Positions 29,752 through 40,154 of a DNA stretch of 64,000 nt are shown piece by piece. The position numbers and the translations under genes were made by a program. The stretch is from Negativicutes bacterium (GTDB lineage Bacteria > Bacillota > Negativicutes > UBA1444): NCBI GenBank assembly GCA_963665275.2, contig CAXXIN010000005.1, positions 32,001 to 96,000 on the forward strand, read 5' to 3'. The notes under the pieces are model-generated. The model was not told the origin of the DNA and ran no database searches. It saw nothing but the letters and a program-made list of their open reading frames with translations. Position 1 is the stretch's first letter, and every line of letters starts with the position of its first letter.

Positions 29752-30768
29752 TCAGACAGGGCATCTGCCCAGGATTTCTTTATAGACGTCGATGTACTCC
29801 TTGACCATTTTTTCCTGTGTAAACCTTTGCTCGACCGAGCGGCGGCAGGCTGAACGGGAAAGCGCCCGAACTTCTTTGAGTTTATTGACCATTTCTTCTA
29901 TATCGGCAACGATGAATCCGTTGATGCCGTTTTGAATAATTTCCGGCATGGAGCCTCGGTTGAAGGCTAGGACTGGGGTGCCACAGGCCATCGCTTCCAC
30001 GATACTGAGGCCGAACGGCTCGTTGAAGTTGATCGGATGCAGCAACGCGTAGGCATTCCCAAGGACTTTGTTCCTTTCCTCGGGCCCGACTGAGCCGATA
30101 TAATGAATGTCATTTCCCAGATGCGGATTGACATATTCTTCATAATAGGCTTTATCCTGAATGATTCCGGCGATGACCAGCCGCATGCCTGATTTTTGGG
30201 CGACCTGGATGGCTTCCCTTGTTCCTTTGTCGGGATGGATCCGGCCGAAGTAAACCAGATAATCGCCGCGAGCCTCGTTCAAAGTGAAACGTTCAATATC
30301 GATGCCATGGTACACGGTCCGTATATAATCGAGTTCCCCGTTCCGGTCTGCATCGCTGATCGAGACATAGTGCGTCTTCTTATTGTATTTTTTATAAACC
30401 GGCAGTATTTTTGGCGAAGAAAACCCGTGTATGGTTGTCAGCACAGGGGTTTTGATCAGTCCACTATAAGTCAGCGGTAAAAAATCATAATTGTTGTGAA
30501 TAATGTCAAATTCATTTGCCTGTTCCATAACTTCGGATATATGCAGGGACTCCCAGACCTTGGCGTCCAGTTCTCTGTTTTCTTCATAGGGCGATTCGCA
30601 GACGCTGCGCAGTTTGCCGGCTGTTATTGAGTCGCCGGTGGCGTAAAGGGTTACGTCGATGTTTTCTTTGACGAGACCTTCTGCCAAGAGGGAAACCACT
30701 CTTTCCCATGGGCCGTAATGCCGCGGCGGAGTTCTCCAGGCGATCGGTGAGATTATGGCAATTTTCAT
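29752..30768 (-). CDS. GT4 glycosyltransferase
   Basis: TPPRHYGPWE, GRIHPDKG and EPFGLSIVEAMACGTPV. Confidence 0.92.
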   Translation of the reverse strand: MKIAIISPIAWRTPPRHYGPWERVVSLLAEGLVKENIDVTLYATGDSITAGKLRSVCESPYEENRELDAKVWESLHISEVMEQANEFDIIHNNYDFLPLTYSGLIKTPVLTTIHGFSSPKILPVYKKYNKKTHYVSISDADRNGELDYIRTVYHGIDIERFTLNEARGDYLVYFGRIHPDKGTREAIQVAQKSGMRLVIAGIIQDKAYYEEYVNPHLGNDIHYIGSVGPEERNKVLGNAYALLHPINFNEPFGLSIVEAMACGTPVLAFNRGSMPEIIQNGINGFIVADIEEMVNKLKEVRALSRSACRRSVEQRFTQEKMVKEYIDVYKEILGRCPV

Positions 30769-31038
30769 ACGGGAAAAGTCCCTCCCTTCGTTGCGTACTA
30801 AGTTGTTTTGGGCGCACATTATGTGTTCATTTTATCATTATAACGCATTTTAGCGGGGCGTGGAGTCTGGCTGGAATATAGTGGGTTTTTCTGGATTGTG
30901 ATATTGTATAAAGGAAAAGGCTGATGCACAGCTTGCGGGACTTGGGACGCTTCTGCATGAAACGGATGGCTCCGCAATGCGCCGCGTTGGTCGATAGAAA
31001 AATTGAAAAAGGATCGGAAAAGAGGAGAGGGGTAAATC

Positions 31039-31239
31039 ATGCCGCATACACAACGAAAAAATATTGTTCCCGGCACTGCAGTCCAGGTCATCCAAAAGCC
31101 GCATCAGCGCAGTGGGCAACTGACGGATGGAATCGTGAAAGATATACTGACCTCCAGTCCGGTTCACTCACGGGGAATCAAAGTTCGCCTGACCTCCGGA
31201 ATCGTGGGACGCGTGCAGAAGATCCTGACGGCGATTTGA
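31039..31239 (+). CDS. ywbE: YwbE (DUF2196) family protein
   Basis: Q-K-HQRSGQLTDGIVKDILT...GIKVRLTSGIVGRVQ. Confidence 0.85.
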   Translation: MPHTQRKNIVPGTAVQVIQKPHQRSGQLTDGIVKDILTSSPVHSRGIKVRLTSGIVGRVQKILTAI

Positions 31240-31257
31240 GGAAAGCATGAAAAAACG

Positions 31258-33168
31258 ATGGGAATGATGATCGGATTTATTGCTCCCTATGCGGAATTGG
31301 CCGAAGTAGCTTCTGAAGTGCGGGAGGGAATGGGCCTCGATTTCCCCATTGCCGTGGGGATACTGGAAGGCGCAGTTGGTGTTGCCGACGCGCTCATTCA
31401 CCAGGGCGCGGAAGTAATCATCAGTCGCGGTGGTACGGCGGCTTTGCTGCGCAGCAAGCTGGACCTGCCTATCGTAGAGATCAAAGTGACCGGATATGAT
31501 GTGATGCGGGCGCTACATCCCTATATTGGGACAAACCGCAAAATTGCCATCGTGGGTTATCGAAACGTGGTGCACGGATGCCGGATATTTGGTGATTTGT
31601 TTGGTCTTTCGATCCGTGAACTTATTATTCCGTCCGAAGAAGTGGACAAGGACTGGGATGCGGCCCAGTTGGCAGTTCGGCGGCTGGTTGCTGAAAACGA
31701 CATTGATGTTGTAATCGGCGATTCGTTGGTGAAAGGCCGTCTGAAAGTCGAGAATATCGAAGTTCAGATGGTTGAATCAGGGAAGGAAGCGATCATTCAA
31801 GCCATCGAAGAAGCAAAAAATATTTCCCGGGTTCGTGAAAATGAACGTCGGGCCTATGAACGGTTGCGTACCATCATCCATTCGGTGCATGACGGCGTTG
31901 TCGCCACAGACGAACAAGGTCGCATCACGGCGGTCAATCTGGTGGCGGAGGAGATTTTTGGATTCAAGGAAAAAAACGTACTGGGCATGCCGATTGGCGA
32001 AGCCATCCCCAATACCAGGATCGACAAAGTCCTGCAGACGGGCCAGGCAGAACTGGAACAGTTGCAGCAGACTCCCAAGGGCTATATTGTTACAAACCGG
32101 GTGCCTTTCACGTTGGAGGGCCAAGTGCAGGGTGTCGTCGCTACGTTTCAGGAAGTGGCGAAAATCCAAAGCGTGGAGCAAAAAATCCGTCAGACTCTAT
32201 TTAATAACGGTTTGTTCGCCCGCTATCATTTCGATGATGTACTGACTGAGGATCCGCATTTGAAAAAGGTAGTTGCCATCGCAAAAAAATATGCACAGAC
32301 AGATGCGACGATGCTGATTTTGGGGGAAAGCGGGACCGGAAAAGAACTTTTTGCGCAGAGCGTTCATAATTACAGTTCACGGCGCAAAGAGGCCTTTGTG
32401 GCGATCAATTGCTCGGCATTGCCGGGCCAGCTGTTGGAAAGTGAATTGTTCGGTTACGTCGGCGGGGCTTTCACGGGAGCTCGAAAAGAAGGCAAGCGCG
32501 GTTTGTTCGAGTTGGCCCACAATGGCACGATTTTTCTCGATGAAATCGGTGATATGGACAAAGAGCTTCAATCGCGACTGTTGCGGGTGCTGGAAGAGAA
32601 ACAGGTGCGGCGCATCGGTTCGGACAGCATCATTCCTGTCAATGTGCGGGTGATTGCGGCTACCAATACGGACTTGTGGAACGAAGGGGTAAAGGGAAAT
32701 TTCCGTCTGGATCTATACTACCGGCTGAATGTGTTGAACATTAAATTGCCGCCACTGCGAGAGCGACGTTCTGATATCGCGTTATTGGCGAGATATTTGT
32801 TGCAGCGTTACTGTGACCAATATGGCAAAAAAATCACAACCCTGCCGCCAGAGATCGTCGAGCGATTGCAAGAACACCCATGGATTGGCAATGTCCGTGA
32901 ATTGAAGAACGTAATCGAACGGATCGTGCTTTCAAGTGAAAATGGCAGGGTTGATCCGGAAACGGTAGATTTGATGCTGGACAAACCGGCAGTCTTGTTG
33001 GAAGAAACCGGGTGGACGGATGATAACGCCATGTTGCAGGGAACGATGGATGAAATTAAGCATAAGGCTGCGATGTTTATCTTGGCGCAGGAAGGGAATA
33101 ACATCGCCCGGGCTGCGAGACGATTGGAAATTGACCGGAATACGCTCAAGAAAATATTGCAGCAATAA
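31258..33168 (+). CDS. sigma54-dependent activator, PrpR_N-PAS-AAA-HTH
   Basis: IISRGGTA (PrpR_N), GESGTGKE, ESELFG, GAFTGA, FLDEIG, WIGNVRELKN and Fis-type HTH. Confidence 0.93.
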   Translation: MGMMIGFIAPYAELAEVASEVREGMGLDFPIAVGILEGAVGVADALIHQGAEVIISRGGTAALLRSKLDLPIVEIKVTGYDVMRALHPYIGTNRKIAIVGYRNVVHGCRIFGDLFGLSIRELIIPSEEVDKDWDAAQLAVRRLVAENDIDVVIGDSLVKGRLKVENIEVQMVESGKEAIIQAIEEAKNISRVRENERRAYERLRTIIHSVHDGVVATDEQGRITAVNLVAEEIFGFKEKNVLGMPIGEAIPNTRIDKVLQTGQAELEQLQQTPKGYIVTNRVPFTLEGQVQGVVATFQEVAKIQSVEQKIRQTLFNNGLFARYHFDDVLTEDPHLKKVVAIAKKYAQTDATMLILGESGTGKELFAQSVHNYSSRRKEAFVAINCSALPGQLLESELFGYVGGAFTGARKEGKRGLFELAHNGTIFLDEIGDMDKELQSRLLRVLEEKQVRRIGSDSIIPVNVRVIAATNTDLWNEGVKGNFRLDLYYRLNVLNIKLPPLRERRSDIALLARYLLQRYCDQYGKKITTLPPEIVERLQEHPWIGNVRELKNVIERIVLSSENGRVDPETVDLMLDKPAVLLEETGWTDDNAMLQGTMDEIKHKAAMFILAQEGNNIARAARRLEIDRNTLKKILQQ

Positions 33169-33180
33169 AGCAAAATATAA

Positions 33181-33229
33181 TGAAAAAATAACCAAGTGGT
33201 GAAAAAATAACCATTTGGTTATTTTTTTT
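33181..33229. promoter_or_regulatory. Repeated upstream activator sites (may double as the activator gene's terminator)
   Basis: TGAAAAAATAACCA twice (33181, 33200) plus inverted TGGTTATTTTTT, 35-80 bp upstream of the sigma54 promoter. Confidence 0.55.
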
Positions 33230-33262
33230 GCCCCAGATAAGCGGGAATTTCGCTGATTTAAG

Positions 33263-33279
33263 TTGGCACAATTATTGCA
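33263..33279 (+). promoter_or_regulatory. sigma54 (-24/-12) promoter
   Basis: TTGGCAC-AATTA-TTGCA. Confidence 0.88.
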
Positions 33280-33338
33280 TTTAGAGTTTTCATGTCGAAA
33301 TGAAGTGCGAAATCCATCATTTGGAGGGCAAGGCTGAA

Positions 33339-34611
33339 ATGGAAAAAAAGGTTAAGATCCCTTATGGAAAAGACGTTTTGGAGTTTGCGGTGGCCGAAAA
33401 AAACCCTCATCGGTGTTTATTCACCGAAAGAGGTTCAGGTGGTTGCGGATATTTCACGAGAAATTCTTCGAGCGCTTGATGCGCCGATCGGCGCCCGGAA
33501 TCTGCGTGAACTGGCAAAAGGCGCCAAGAAAGTTGTGTTGGTAGCTGACGACAATACCCGGCTGACACCGACCAAGGAGATTATCCCAATCTTGCTCAAT
33601 GAACTTAACGCCGCCGGAATAAAAGACGAGCAGGTCACAGTTATCATTGCACTCGGTACCCACCGGCCTATGCGGCAGGAAGAAATTTTGGCCAAGTACG
33701 GAGAAGAGGTTGTTCGTCGGGTAACGGTGAAAAACCATAATTTCCGTGATCCTGAGCTGATGGTTGACTTGGGAACGACGCCTAATGGCACCCATATCAA
33801 GGTTAACCGGGAAGCGTACGAGGCAGATTTCAAAATTGGTATCGGGAGTATTGTACCCCATTATATTCCCGGATTTGCGGGTGGCGCCAAAATTGTGCAA
33901 CCCGGGATTTCCGCCGAGCAGACAACAGCGGAAACTCATCTGCTCAGCACCTGTGAGCCACGTTCGTTTTTGGGAATCCGGGACAATCCGGTTCGTATCG
34001 AACTCAACGGCATTGCACGGGCGGTGGGGTTGCAAACGATCATGAATACGGTGCTCAACTGTCATGGCGAAGTAGTCGGCGCTTTTTTCGGTGATGTTGT
34101 AGACGCCTTCAACGCTGGTGTAGAGTTGGCCCGCGAGGTTTATTCCGTGGAACTGCCGGAGGTTGCGGATATTGTCATTGCCAGCTCTTTCCCTTGCGAC
34201 ATCGAATTTTGGCAGGCGCATAAAGCTTTATACCCTGCGGACTTGGCGGTTAAGGCCGGTGGAATCATAATTTTGGCAACTCCTTGTTGTGAAGGAGTAT
34301 CGGTGACACACGCGGATATTCTGGAGATTACCGGGGAATCGATGCAGGGACTGAAAGATCGCGTGGCACGCAAGGAAGTGCATGATGAAGTTGCTGCTTC
34401 GCTGGCGATTGGCTGGGCCCAGGTAAAGGAACGCGAATCGGTGTATATGGTGTCATCCGGTGTCTGCGACGCAGATGCCCGGAAACTTGGGTTCAAACCG
34501 TTTGATTCCGTTCAGGCTGCATTGGCAGCGGCATTGTCGGTTAAGGGGGCGGAAGCTCGCGTAACGGTTTTGACCCATGCACCTGACATGCTGCCGGTCA
34601 TACAAGGGTAA
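33339..34611 (+). CDS. larA: LarA-family nickel-pincer 2-hydroxyacid racemase/epimerase (+1 frameshift at 33397-33406)
   Basis: MEKKVKIPYGK N-terminus from ATG 33339 joins LIGVYSP after removing one base; DNTR, LGTHR, PHYIPGFAGGAK and QAHK motifs. Confidence 0.85.
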
Positions 34612-34665
34612 GGATTCAAAATGATATTGACAGGAAATCATTGCAAGAGTGAAGGAGATGTATCC

Positions 34666-35831
34666 ATGCAGTTCAAGGGATACCGGCGGCCTGACGGAAA
34701 AGTTGGAATTCGCAACCAGGTTTTGGTTTCTGCCCAGCGTAGTCCTGCGCGAACCGGGCCGCGCGGGGGATTTCTCAGGCAGTGGCGGGAACGACCTGGG
34801 TCGAGCATCAGCATGGTTGTACCCAGTTGGGGGCTGATGCGGAACTCACGGCCCAGGTTTTGGTTGCACATGGAACCCACCCGAACGTGTCTGGTGTAAT
34901 CGTGGTCGGGCTTGGTTGTGAAACCATCCGGGCCCAGGATATCGCAGCAGAAATCAAAAAGCAGTGCCCCTATAAAAATGTTGCAACTGTCATTATTCAA
35001 GACGAAGGGGGTTCGGTCAAAGCCATCAGCGTCGGCGCCAGTGCTGCCCGGGAATTCGTGGGTGCTGCCTCGGCGGATGAGCGTGAGTGGATTGATGTAT
35101 CCGAACTGATTTTGGGGACCGAATGTGGCGGCTCTGACGCCTGCTCGGGAATTTCGGCCAATCCGGCTCTCGGCGTGACGAGCGACATGCTGATTGATGC
35201 CGGCGGTAGCGTGATTTTGGCGGAGACGACGGAAATCATCGGGGCCGAGCATTTGATCGCAGCAAGGGCGATCAACCCGCAAGTGGCGCGCAAATGTTTC
35301 GATGTCATCAATGCCTGTGAAGCCTCTGCCAACAAAATGGGCGTGGACATGAGGGGCAGTCAGCCTACTCCGGGTAATATTGCCGGAGGGCTGTCCTCGA
35401 TTGAGGAAAAATCACTGGGGTGTATTTATAAGGCGGGAACCCGGCCGCTGCAGGATGTGATCGAGTATGCGGCTCCAGTCACACAAAAAGGGCTGGTGTG
35501 GATGGACACTCCGGGTCAGGATATTGAACAATTGACCGGCATGGTTGCAGGCGGGTGCCACTTGGTTGTATTTACAACAGGACGCGGAACTTGCTGCGGC
35601 TCAGCGATTGTTCCTACGATCAAAGTCTCCACGAATACGGCGTTGTTCGAATGGATGAACGACAATATTGATATCAATGCCGGTACGGTGATTACCGGCG
35701 AAGAAAATGTGGAACAAGTCGGGCAACGTATTTTTGCCGAAATGCTGGAAGTCGCTTCAGGCAAGTTGGCAAAAGCGGAAATACTAGGCTTCAACGATTT
35801 TGCCATCCGGCGAATCGGGCCTACGATGTAA
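34666..35831 (+). CDS. UxaA/GarD/SuyB-family dehydratase large subunit (two +1 frameshifts at about 34728 and 34744)
   Basis: Reconstructed MQFKGYRRPDGKVGIRNQVLVLPSVVCANRAA..HQHGC; GLGCE, ECGGSD, PTPGNIAGG..EEKSLG and FTTGRG. Confidence 0.85.
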
Positions 35832-35866
35832 TGGAAATCGATTCGAAAACAGAGGGGTTGGGGAAA

Positions 35867-36157
35867 ATGGCCAGGTTACAGGCGATCGTAATGAAAACAA
35901 AAGATAATGTATGCACTGTAGTTGAAGCGATTGCGCCCGGTATGGACGTCGGCATGGAGATCGGCGGAGAGATCCAAAGTGTAAGGGCCAATGAGCCGAT
36001 TCCTGTGGGGCACAAACTGGCAATCCATGATATCGACAAAGGTGACATCATCATGAAATATGGCGAAGTCATCGGTCGGGCGACGCAGGATATCCGCATC
36101 GGACAGCATGTTCACGTACACAATCTGGAGAGCTGCCGCGGCCGGGGCGACCGCTAG
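35867..36157 (+). CDS. SAF-domain small subunit of the UxaA/SuyA-family dehydratase
   Basis: DNV, IPVGHKLA, KYGEVIG and HVHVHNL. Confidence 0.88.
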   Translation: MARLQAIVMKTKDNVCTVVEAIAPGMDVGMEIGGEIQSVRANEPIPVGHKLAIHDIDKGDIIMKYGEVIGRATQDIRIGQHVHVHNLESCRGRGDR

Positions 36158-36182
36158 GAACTAGAGACTGGAGGAATGAACC

Positions 36183-37145
36183 ATGGAGAAGAAATGGAAC
36201 GTGTATGTAACCCGCATGATTCCACAGGAAGTGCTGGACGAACTCGCGCAGCACTGCAACGTGGAAGTCAATCCGGAAAACCGCCCGCTGACGAAAGCCG
36301 AACTGATGGAGAACATTCGAGGACGGGATGCAGTATTGACTCAGGCCGGTGACCCCGTGGATGATGCCGTCATGGAAGCGGCGGGGCCACAATGTCGAAT
36401 TTTTGCCAACTATGCGGTAGGTTATAACAATTTCGAGCTGGCAGCGGCGGCGCGCCGGAATGTCTGGCTGTCCAACACGCCGGACGTGGTGACGGACTCG
36501 ACGGTTGAAATGGCCTGGGCTCTTTTGTTCGCTGTAGCCCGCCGTCTCGTCGAGGCTGATGCTTATGTCCGGTCAGGAAAATTCAAAGGACTGGATCCGA
36601 TGCTGTTGTTGGGAACGGGTCTGGCTGGCAAAACTCTCGGCGTGATCGGCGCCGGTCGAATAGGCAGCAAGTTCGCCCAAAAAGGCCGGGCTTTCGACAT
36701 GAAGATCATTTATAACGATGTGGCTCCTAATCCCCGTTTCGAAGCAGAAACCGGCGCAACTTACGTTGAAAAGGACAGCCTGCTCGCGCAAGCCGACTTT
36801 TTATCGCTGCATGTACCGTTGCTGTCGGCGACCCGCCATCTGATCGGAGCCAGGGAATTGAAACTGATGAAGAAGACTGCTATTCTGGTTAACTCATCCC
36901 GCGGCCCGGTAGTCAACGAAACGGAATTGGTGCAGGCCTTGCGCGAGGGAGAAATTCGTGGTGCGGGGCTGGATGTGTTTGAGAACGAGCCGTTCCTGGC
37001 ACCGGGGTTGAGCGAGTTGTCTAATGTGGTGATGGCGCCGCATCTGGGCACCGCGACGAACGAAACCCGTTTGGGTATGGGGCGCGTGGCCATCGCGAAT
37101 ATACTGGCCGCGCTGCGAGGCGAAATCCCGCCAAACAAGCTATAA
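36183..37145 (+). CDS. D-isomer-specific 2-hydroxyacid dehydrogenase (glyoxylate/hydroxypyruvate reductase-like)
   Basis: NYAVGYNN, GAGRIG, NSSRGPVV, DVFENEP and PHLG. Confidence 0.9.
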   Translation: MEKKWNVYVTRMIPQEVLDELAQHCNVEVNPENRPLTKAELMENIRGRDAVLTQAGDPVDDAVMEAAGPQCRIFANYAVGYNNFELAAAARRNVWLSNTPDVVTDSTVEMAWALLFAVARRLVEADAYVRSGKFKGLDPMLLLGTGLAGKTLGVIGAGRIGSKFAQKGRAFDMKIIYNDVAPNPRFEAETGATYVEKDSLLAQADFLSLHVPLLSATRHLIGARELKLMKKTAILVNSSRGPVVNETELVQALREGEIRGAGLDVFENEPFLAPGLSELSNVVMAPHLGTATNETRLGMGRVAIANILAALRGEIPPNKL

Positions 37146-37248
37146 CGATCTAACGATTTGTAGACGTCGAGTGGGGGAGGAGGGTGTTCGACAAGCAATC
37201 CTGGGCGCAATTCGCAATTTATGAAAACAAAATGTGAGGGGGAGAATT

Positions 37249-38289
37249 ATGTCTAAAATATCAAAGAGTATTGTCGCACTCGGAGTTGCCATTTTCATGA
37301 TTTCCATGCTGCTGGTCGGGTGTTCCGGTGGTAACAAGAGCGCTGGCGGCGATAGCGCGGCTACTCCGAAAAAGGTCATACTGAAGCTCGGCACTGAAAC
37401 GGCCACATCTCACCCAGAAACCAAAGGTTCCCAAAAATTGGCCGACATAGTCAAGGAAAAATCAAAAGGAACCTTGGAAATTCAAGTGTTTGACAGTGCT
37501 AAAATCGGTAGTATGAAAGAAAGAACCGAGGGAATGCGGCTCGGAACGGTGGATATTTCGACCTCTTCCGTCGGTTTCCTGGCTTCTTACATCCCGGTAC
37601 TCGGCGTATTCGACCTTCCCTACATTTATAAGGATAAAGCCCATGAATTCCGAGTGTTCGACGGCGACATCGGCAAGGATATCGACAAGAAGATGCAGGA
37701 AAAAGGATTCCGCGTTGTCTGCTATTTCGACATGGGATCTCGTCAAATCACCAACAACAAGCAAGCCATCAACTCGTTGGAAGACATTAAAGGGATGAAG
37801 ATTCGCGTGCCGCAGACAGAAGCAAGCATAGAAGGCTTCAAGGCGCTGGGCGCCGCACCGACCCCGATGGCTTTCGGCGAAGTTTACATGGCGTTGCAGC
37901 AAAAAGTGGTTGATGGACAGGAAAATCCGCTTTCTGTCGTTGTCTCCGCCAAGTTCAACGAAGTGCAGAAATATTTGTCCCTCACCAACCACCAGCTCTT
38001 TATTCAAGTATTGTCTATTAGCGAAAAAACCTGGGCCAAACTCTCTCCTGAGCACCAAAAGATCCTGATGGAAGCTGCGAAAGAAGCTCAGGCCTATGAG
38101 CGCGAAATCGCTGCCAAAGAAGAGACTGAGTTGATCAAGACCCTCAAAGACAAAGGGATGGAAATCAATGAAGTGAAAAACATTGCACCCTTTGCTGAAG
38201 CGGCCAAACCGCTGCGGGAAATCTATATCAAGAAACTCGGCCAGGACGCCAAGGATATGTTCGGCAAGATCGATTCAGTTCGTAATTAA
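37249..38289 (+). CDS. dctP: TRAP substrate-binding lipoprotein DctP
   Basis: Lipobox LVGC; KIRVP (carboxylate-binding Arg present) and DGQENP. Confidence 0.93.
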   Translation: MSKISKSIVALGVAIFMISMLLVGCSGGNKSAGGDSAATPKKVILKLGTETATSHPETKGSQKLADIVKEKSKGTLEIQVFDSAKIGSMKERTEGMRLGTVDISTSSVGFLASYIPVLGVFDLPYIYKDKAHEFRVFDGDIGKDIDKKMQEKGFRVVCYFDMGSRQITNNKQAINSLEDIKGMKIRVPQTEASIEGFKALGAAPTPMAFGEVYMALQQKVVDGQENPLSVVVSAKFNEVQKYLSLTNHQLFIQVLSISEKTWAKLSPEHQKILMEAAKEAQAYEREIAAKEETELIKTLKDKGMEINEVKNIAPFAEAAKPLREIYIKKLGQDAKDMFGKIDSVRN

Positions 38290-38306
38290 CCCTGCGAATG
38301 ATGGTG

Positions 38307-38342
38307 GCGTGCTTCAACTTGGAAATCCAGGTTGAAGCATGC
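38307..38342 (+). other. Intergenic hairpin without U tract after dctP (probable mRNA stabiliser)
   Basis: GCGTGCTTCAACTTGGA-AA-TCCAGGTTGAAGCATGC. Confidence 0.55.
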
Positions 38343-38383
38343 GACCGGCATCAGTGAATATACCCTGAAGGAGTATTGGCGAA

Positions 38384-38824
38384 ATGAAGTTTAACAAGTT
38401 CCTGGATGGCGTGACCGTCTTGTGTATGGGCTTGATTCTCATATTGGTTGTTGCGCAGGTTGTCCTGCGGTATGTCTTCAACTCGCCGTTGACATGGTCG
38501 GAAGAGTTGGCGGTATACATCATGGTGTGGATGACGTTTATTGGCTCGGTTATCTGCATGCGGGATAACGAACATATTGAAGTGACGATTCTGGTCGACT
38601 ATCTGCCGCGCGGCCTTCGGCGTGCTGCGATTCTCTTTAGCCGTCTGGCCTCGGTGATATTCTTGCTGGTTGTCATGTATTATGGAACTGAATTGGTTTT
38701 GGAAAATCGCAGTGTGACCTCTGCTGCTAACAAGCTTAACATGGGCTTGGTATATTCTATTCTTCCCATTTGCTCTCTCGGAATGTTGTATTACGTTATC
38801 AGATCCATTATGAGGGGGGAATAG
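38384..38824 (+). CDS. dctQ: TRAP small permease DctQ
   Basis: QVVLRYVFNSPLTWSEELA, HIEV; 4 TM. Confidence 0.92.
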   Translation: MKFNKFLDGVTVLCMGLILILVVAQVVLRYVFNSPLTWSEELAVYIMVWMTFIGSVICMRDNEHIEVTILVDYLPRGLRRAAILFSRLASVIFLLVVMYYGTELVLENRSVTSAANKLNMGLVYSILPICSLGMLYYVIRSIMRGE

Positions 38825-38830
38825 GGAATT

Positions 38831-40117
38831 ATGGAAGCAACTATTATCATGGGCGTCATGATGGGGTTGATGATGCTAAGGGTGCCTGTGGCTTTTGCGA
38901 TGGCATTGTCGGCAATCGTTGCATTGGTTATTGGCGACATCCCTCTAACCTTGGTGCCACAGCGGATGTTTAACTCTCTGGACTCTTTTCCCCTCCTGGC
39001 AATTCCCTTGTTTGTTTTTGTCGGCGAAGCGATGAATACCGGCGGGATTACTACCCGGATCTTCAATTTTGCGCGGGAATATGTGAAGCATATTACGGGT
39101 AGTCTTGGACATGTGAATGTTATTTCCAATATTATTATTGCCGGCATGTCCGGGTCGGCGGTAGCTGATGCCTCGGCCATCGGTGTCGTTGAAATCAAAG
39201 CCATGGAGAAAGACGGATTTGATCGGGAGTGGTCGGCTGCGCTGACTGCTGCCTCTTCAACAATCGGACCCATCATCCCTCCGAGTATTCCTTTGGTCAT
39301 TTATGCGATTATTACTGAAACCTCCATTGGCCGGCTTTTTCTTGGCGGAGTAGTTCCCGGCCTGATGATGGGGATTTCTCTCATGATACTGGTCTACATA
39401 ATGTCCAAACAACGGGGCTATAAAGTTGAACCCAAAGCGACTTGGAGCGAACGTTGGGATGCCACGAAAAAAGCAATTCCATCTCTAATGACACCTGTTC
39501 TCATGTTTTCCGGGATCGTATTCGGTATTGTTACTCCGACTGAAGGCGCCGGTATTGCTGCGGCCTACGCGATATTTCTCGGGTTCGTGATTCACAGGGA
39601 AATGAGTTTGCCTGAGTTGTATCATATTATGCTCAGAACTGTTCACTGCACGGCGGTGATCATGCTGATCATCTGCAGTTCGTCTGCTATTACTTGGGTA
39701 GTACAGACCTCCGGGCTGCCGAACCAGGTGGCTGCATGGTTATTATCCGTCAGTGACAGCAAAATTTTGCTGCTGCTTTTCATTAATGTAGTTCTGCTGA
39801 TCATGGGATGCCTTCTGGAAAGCAATTCGATCATCATGATCATGGTGCCTGTGCTGATGCCGTTGATTAAGGCGCTGGGTGTGGACCCTGTTCATTTTGG
39901 TGTGTTTTTCATTCTGAATGTCATGATTGGATTAATCACGCCTCCTGTCGGAATGTGTCTTTATGTAATATGCAACATATCGGAATGTTCTTTTGATAGG
40001 CTGTCGCGGGCAATCGTTCCATTCATCATTCCGCTGGTAGTGGTTTTGTTTATGATTACCTTTATTCCGGATTTGGTTATGTGGCTACCGAATCATGTGA
40101 TGGGCATTGCAAAATAA
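38831..40117 (+). CDS. dctM: TRAP large permease DctM
   Basis: SFPLLAIPLF, SGSAVAD, IIPPSIP, TPTE and DPVHFG..ITPPVG. Confidence 0.94.
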   Translation: MEATIIMGVMMGLMMLRVPVAFAMALSAIVALVIGDIPLTLVPQRMFNSLDSFPLLAIPLFVFVGEAMNTGGITTRIFNFAREYVKHITGSLGHVNVISNIIIAGMSGSAVADASAIGVVEIKAMEKDGFDREWSAALTAASSTIGPIIPPSIPLVIYAIITETSIGRLFLGGVVPGLMMGISLMILVYIMSKQRGYKVEPKATWSERWDATKKAIPSLMTPVLMFSGIVFGIVTPTEGAGIAAAYAIFLGFVIHREMSLPELYHIMLRTVHCTAVIMLIICSSSAITWVVQTSGLPNQVAAWLLSVSDSKILLLLFINVVLLIMGCLLESNSIIMIMVPVLMPLIKALGVDPVHFGVFFILNVMIGLITPPVGMCLYVICNISECSFDRLSRAIVPFIIPLVVVLFMITFIPDLVMWLPNHVMGIAK

Positions 40118-40154
40118 CGTGAGTGAATATGGAAAAAAGAAAGAAGGGGATTCA

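Noticed and set aside
31248-31268. Possible further indel at the activator start (ATG AAAAAA CG after GAGGA)
   Set aside because: In-frame ATGs at 31258-31267 already give a complete PrpR_N domain, so no error needs to be invoked
33339-34611. Canonical lactate racemase operon
   Set aside because: No larB/C/E or larR adjacent, substrate-site residues differ, and the context is sugar-acid-like
33397-34745. Programmed ribosomal frameshifting
   Set aside because: Two shifts within 20 nt in one gene, no stimulatory structure seen, and all are +1 homopolymer extensions typical of sequencing error
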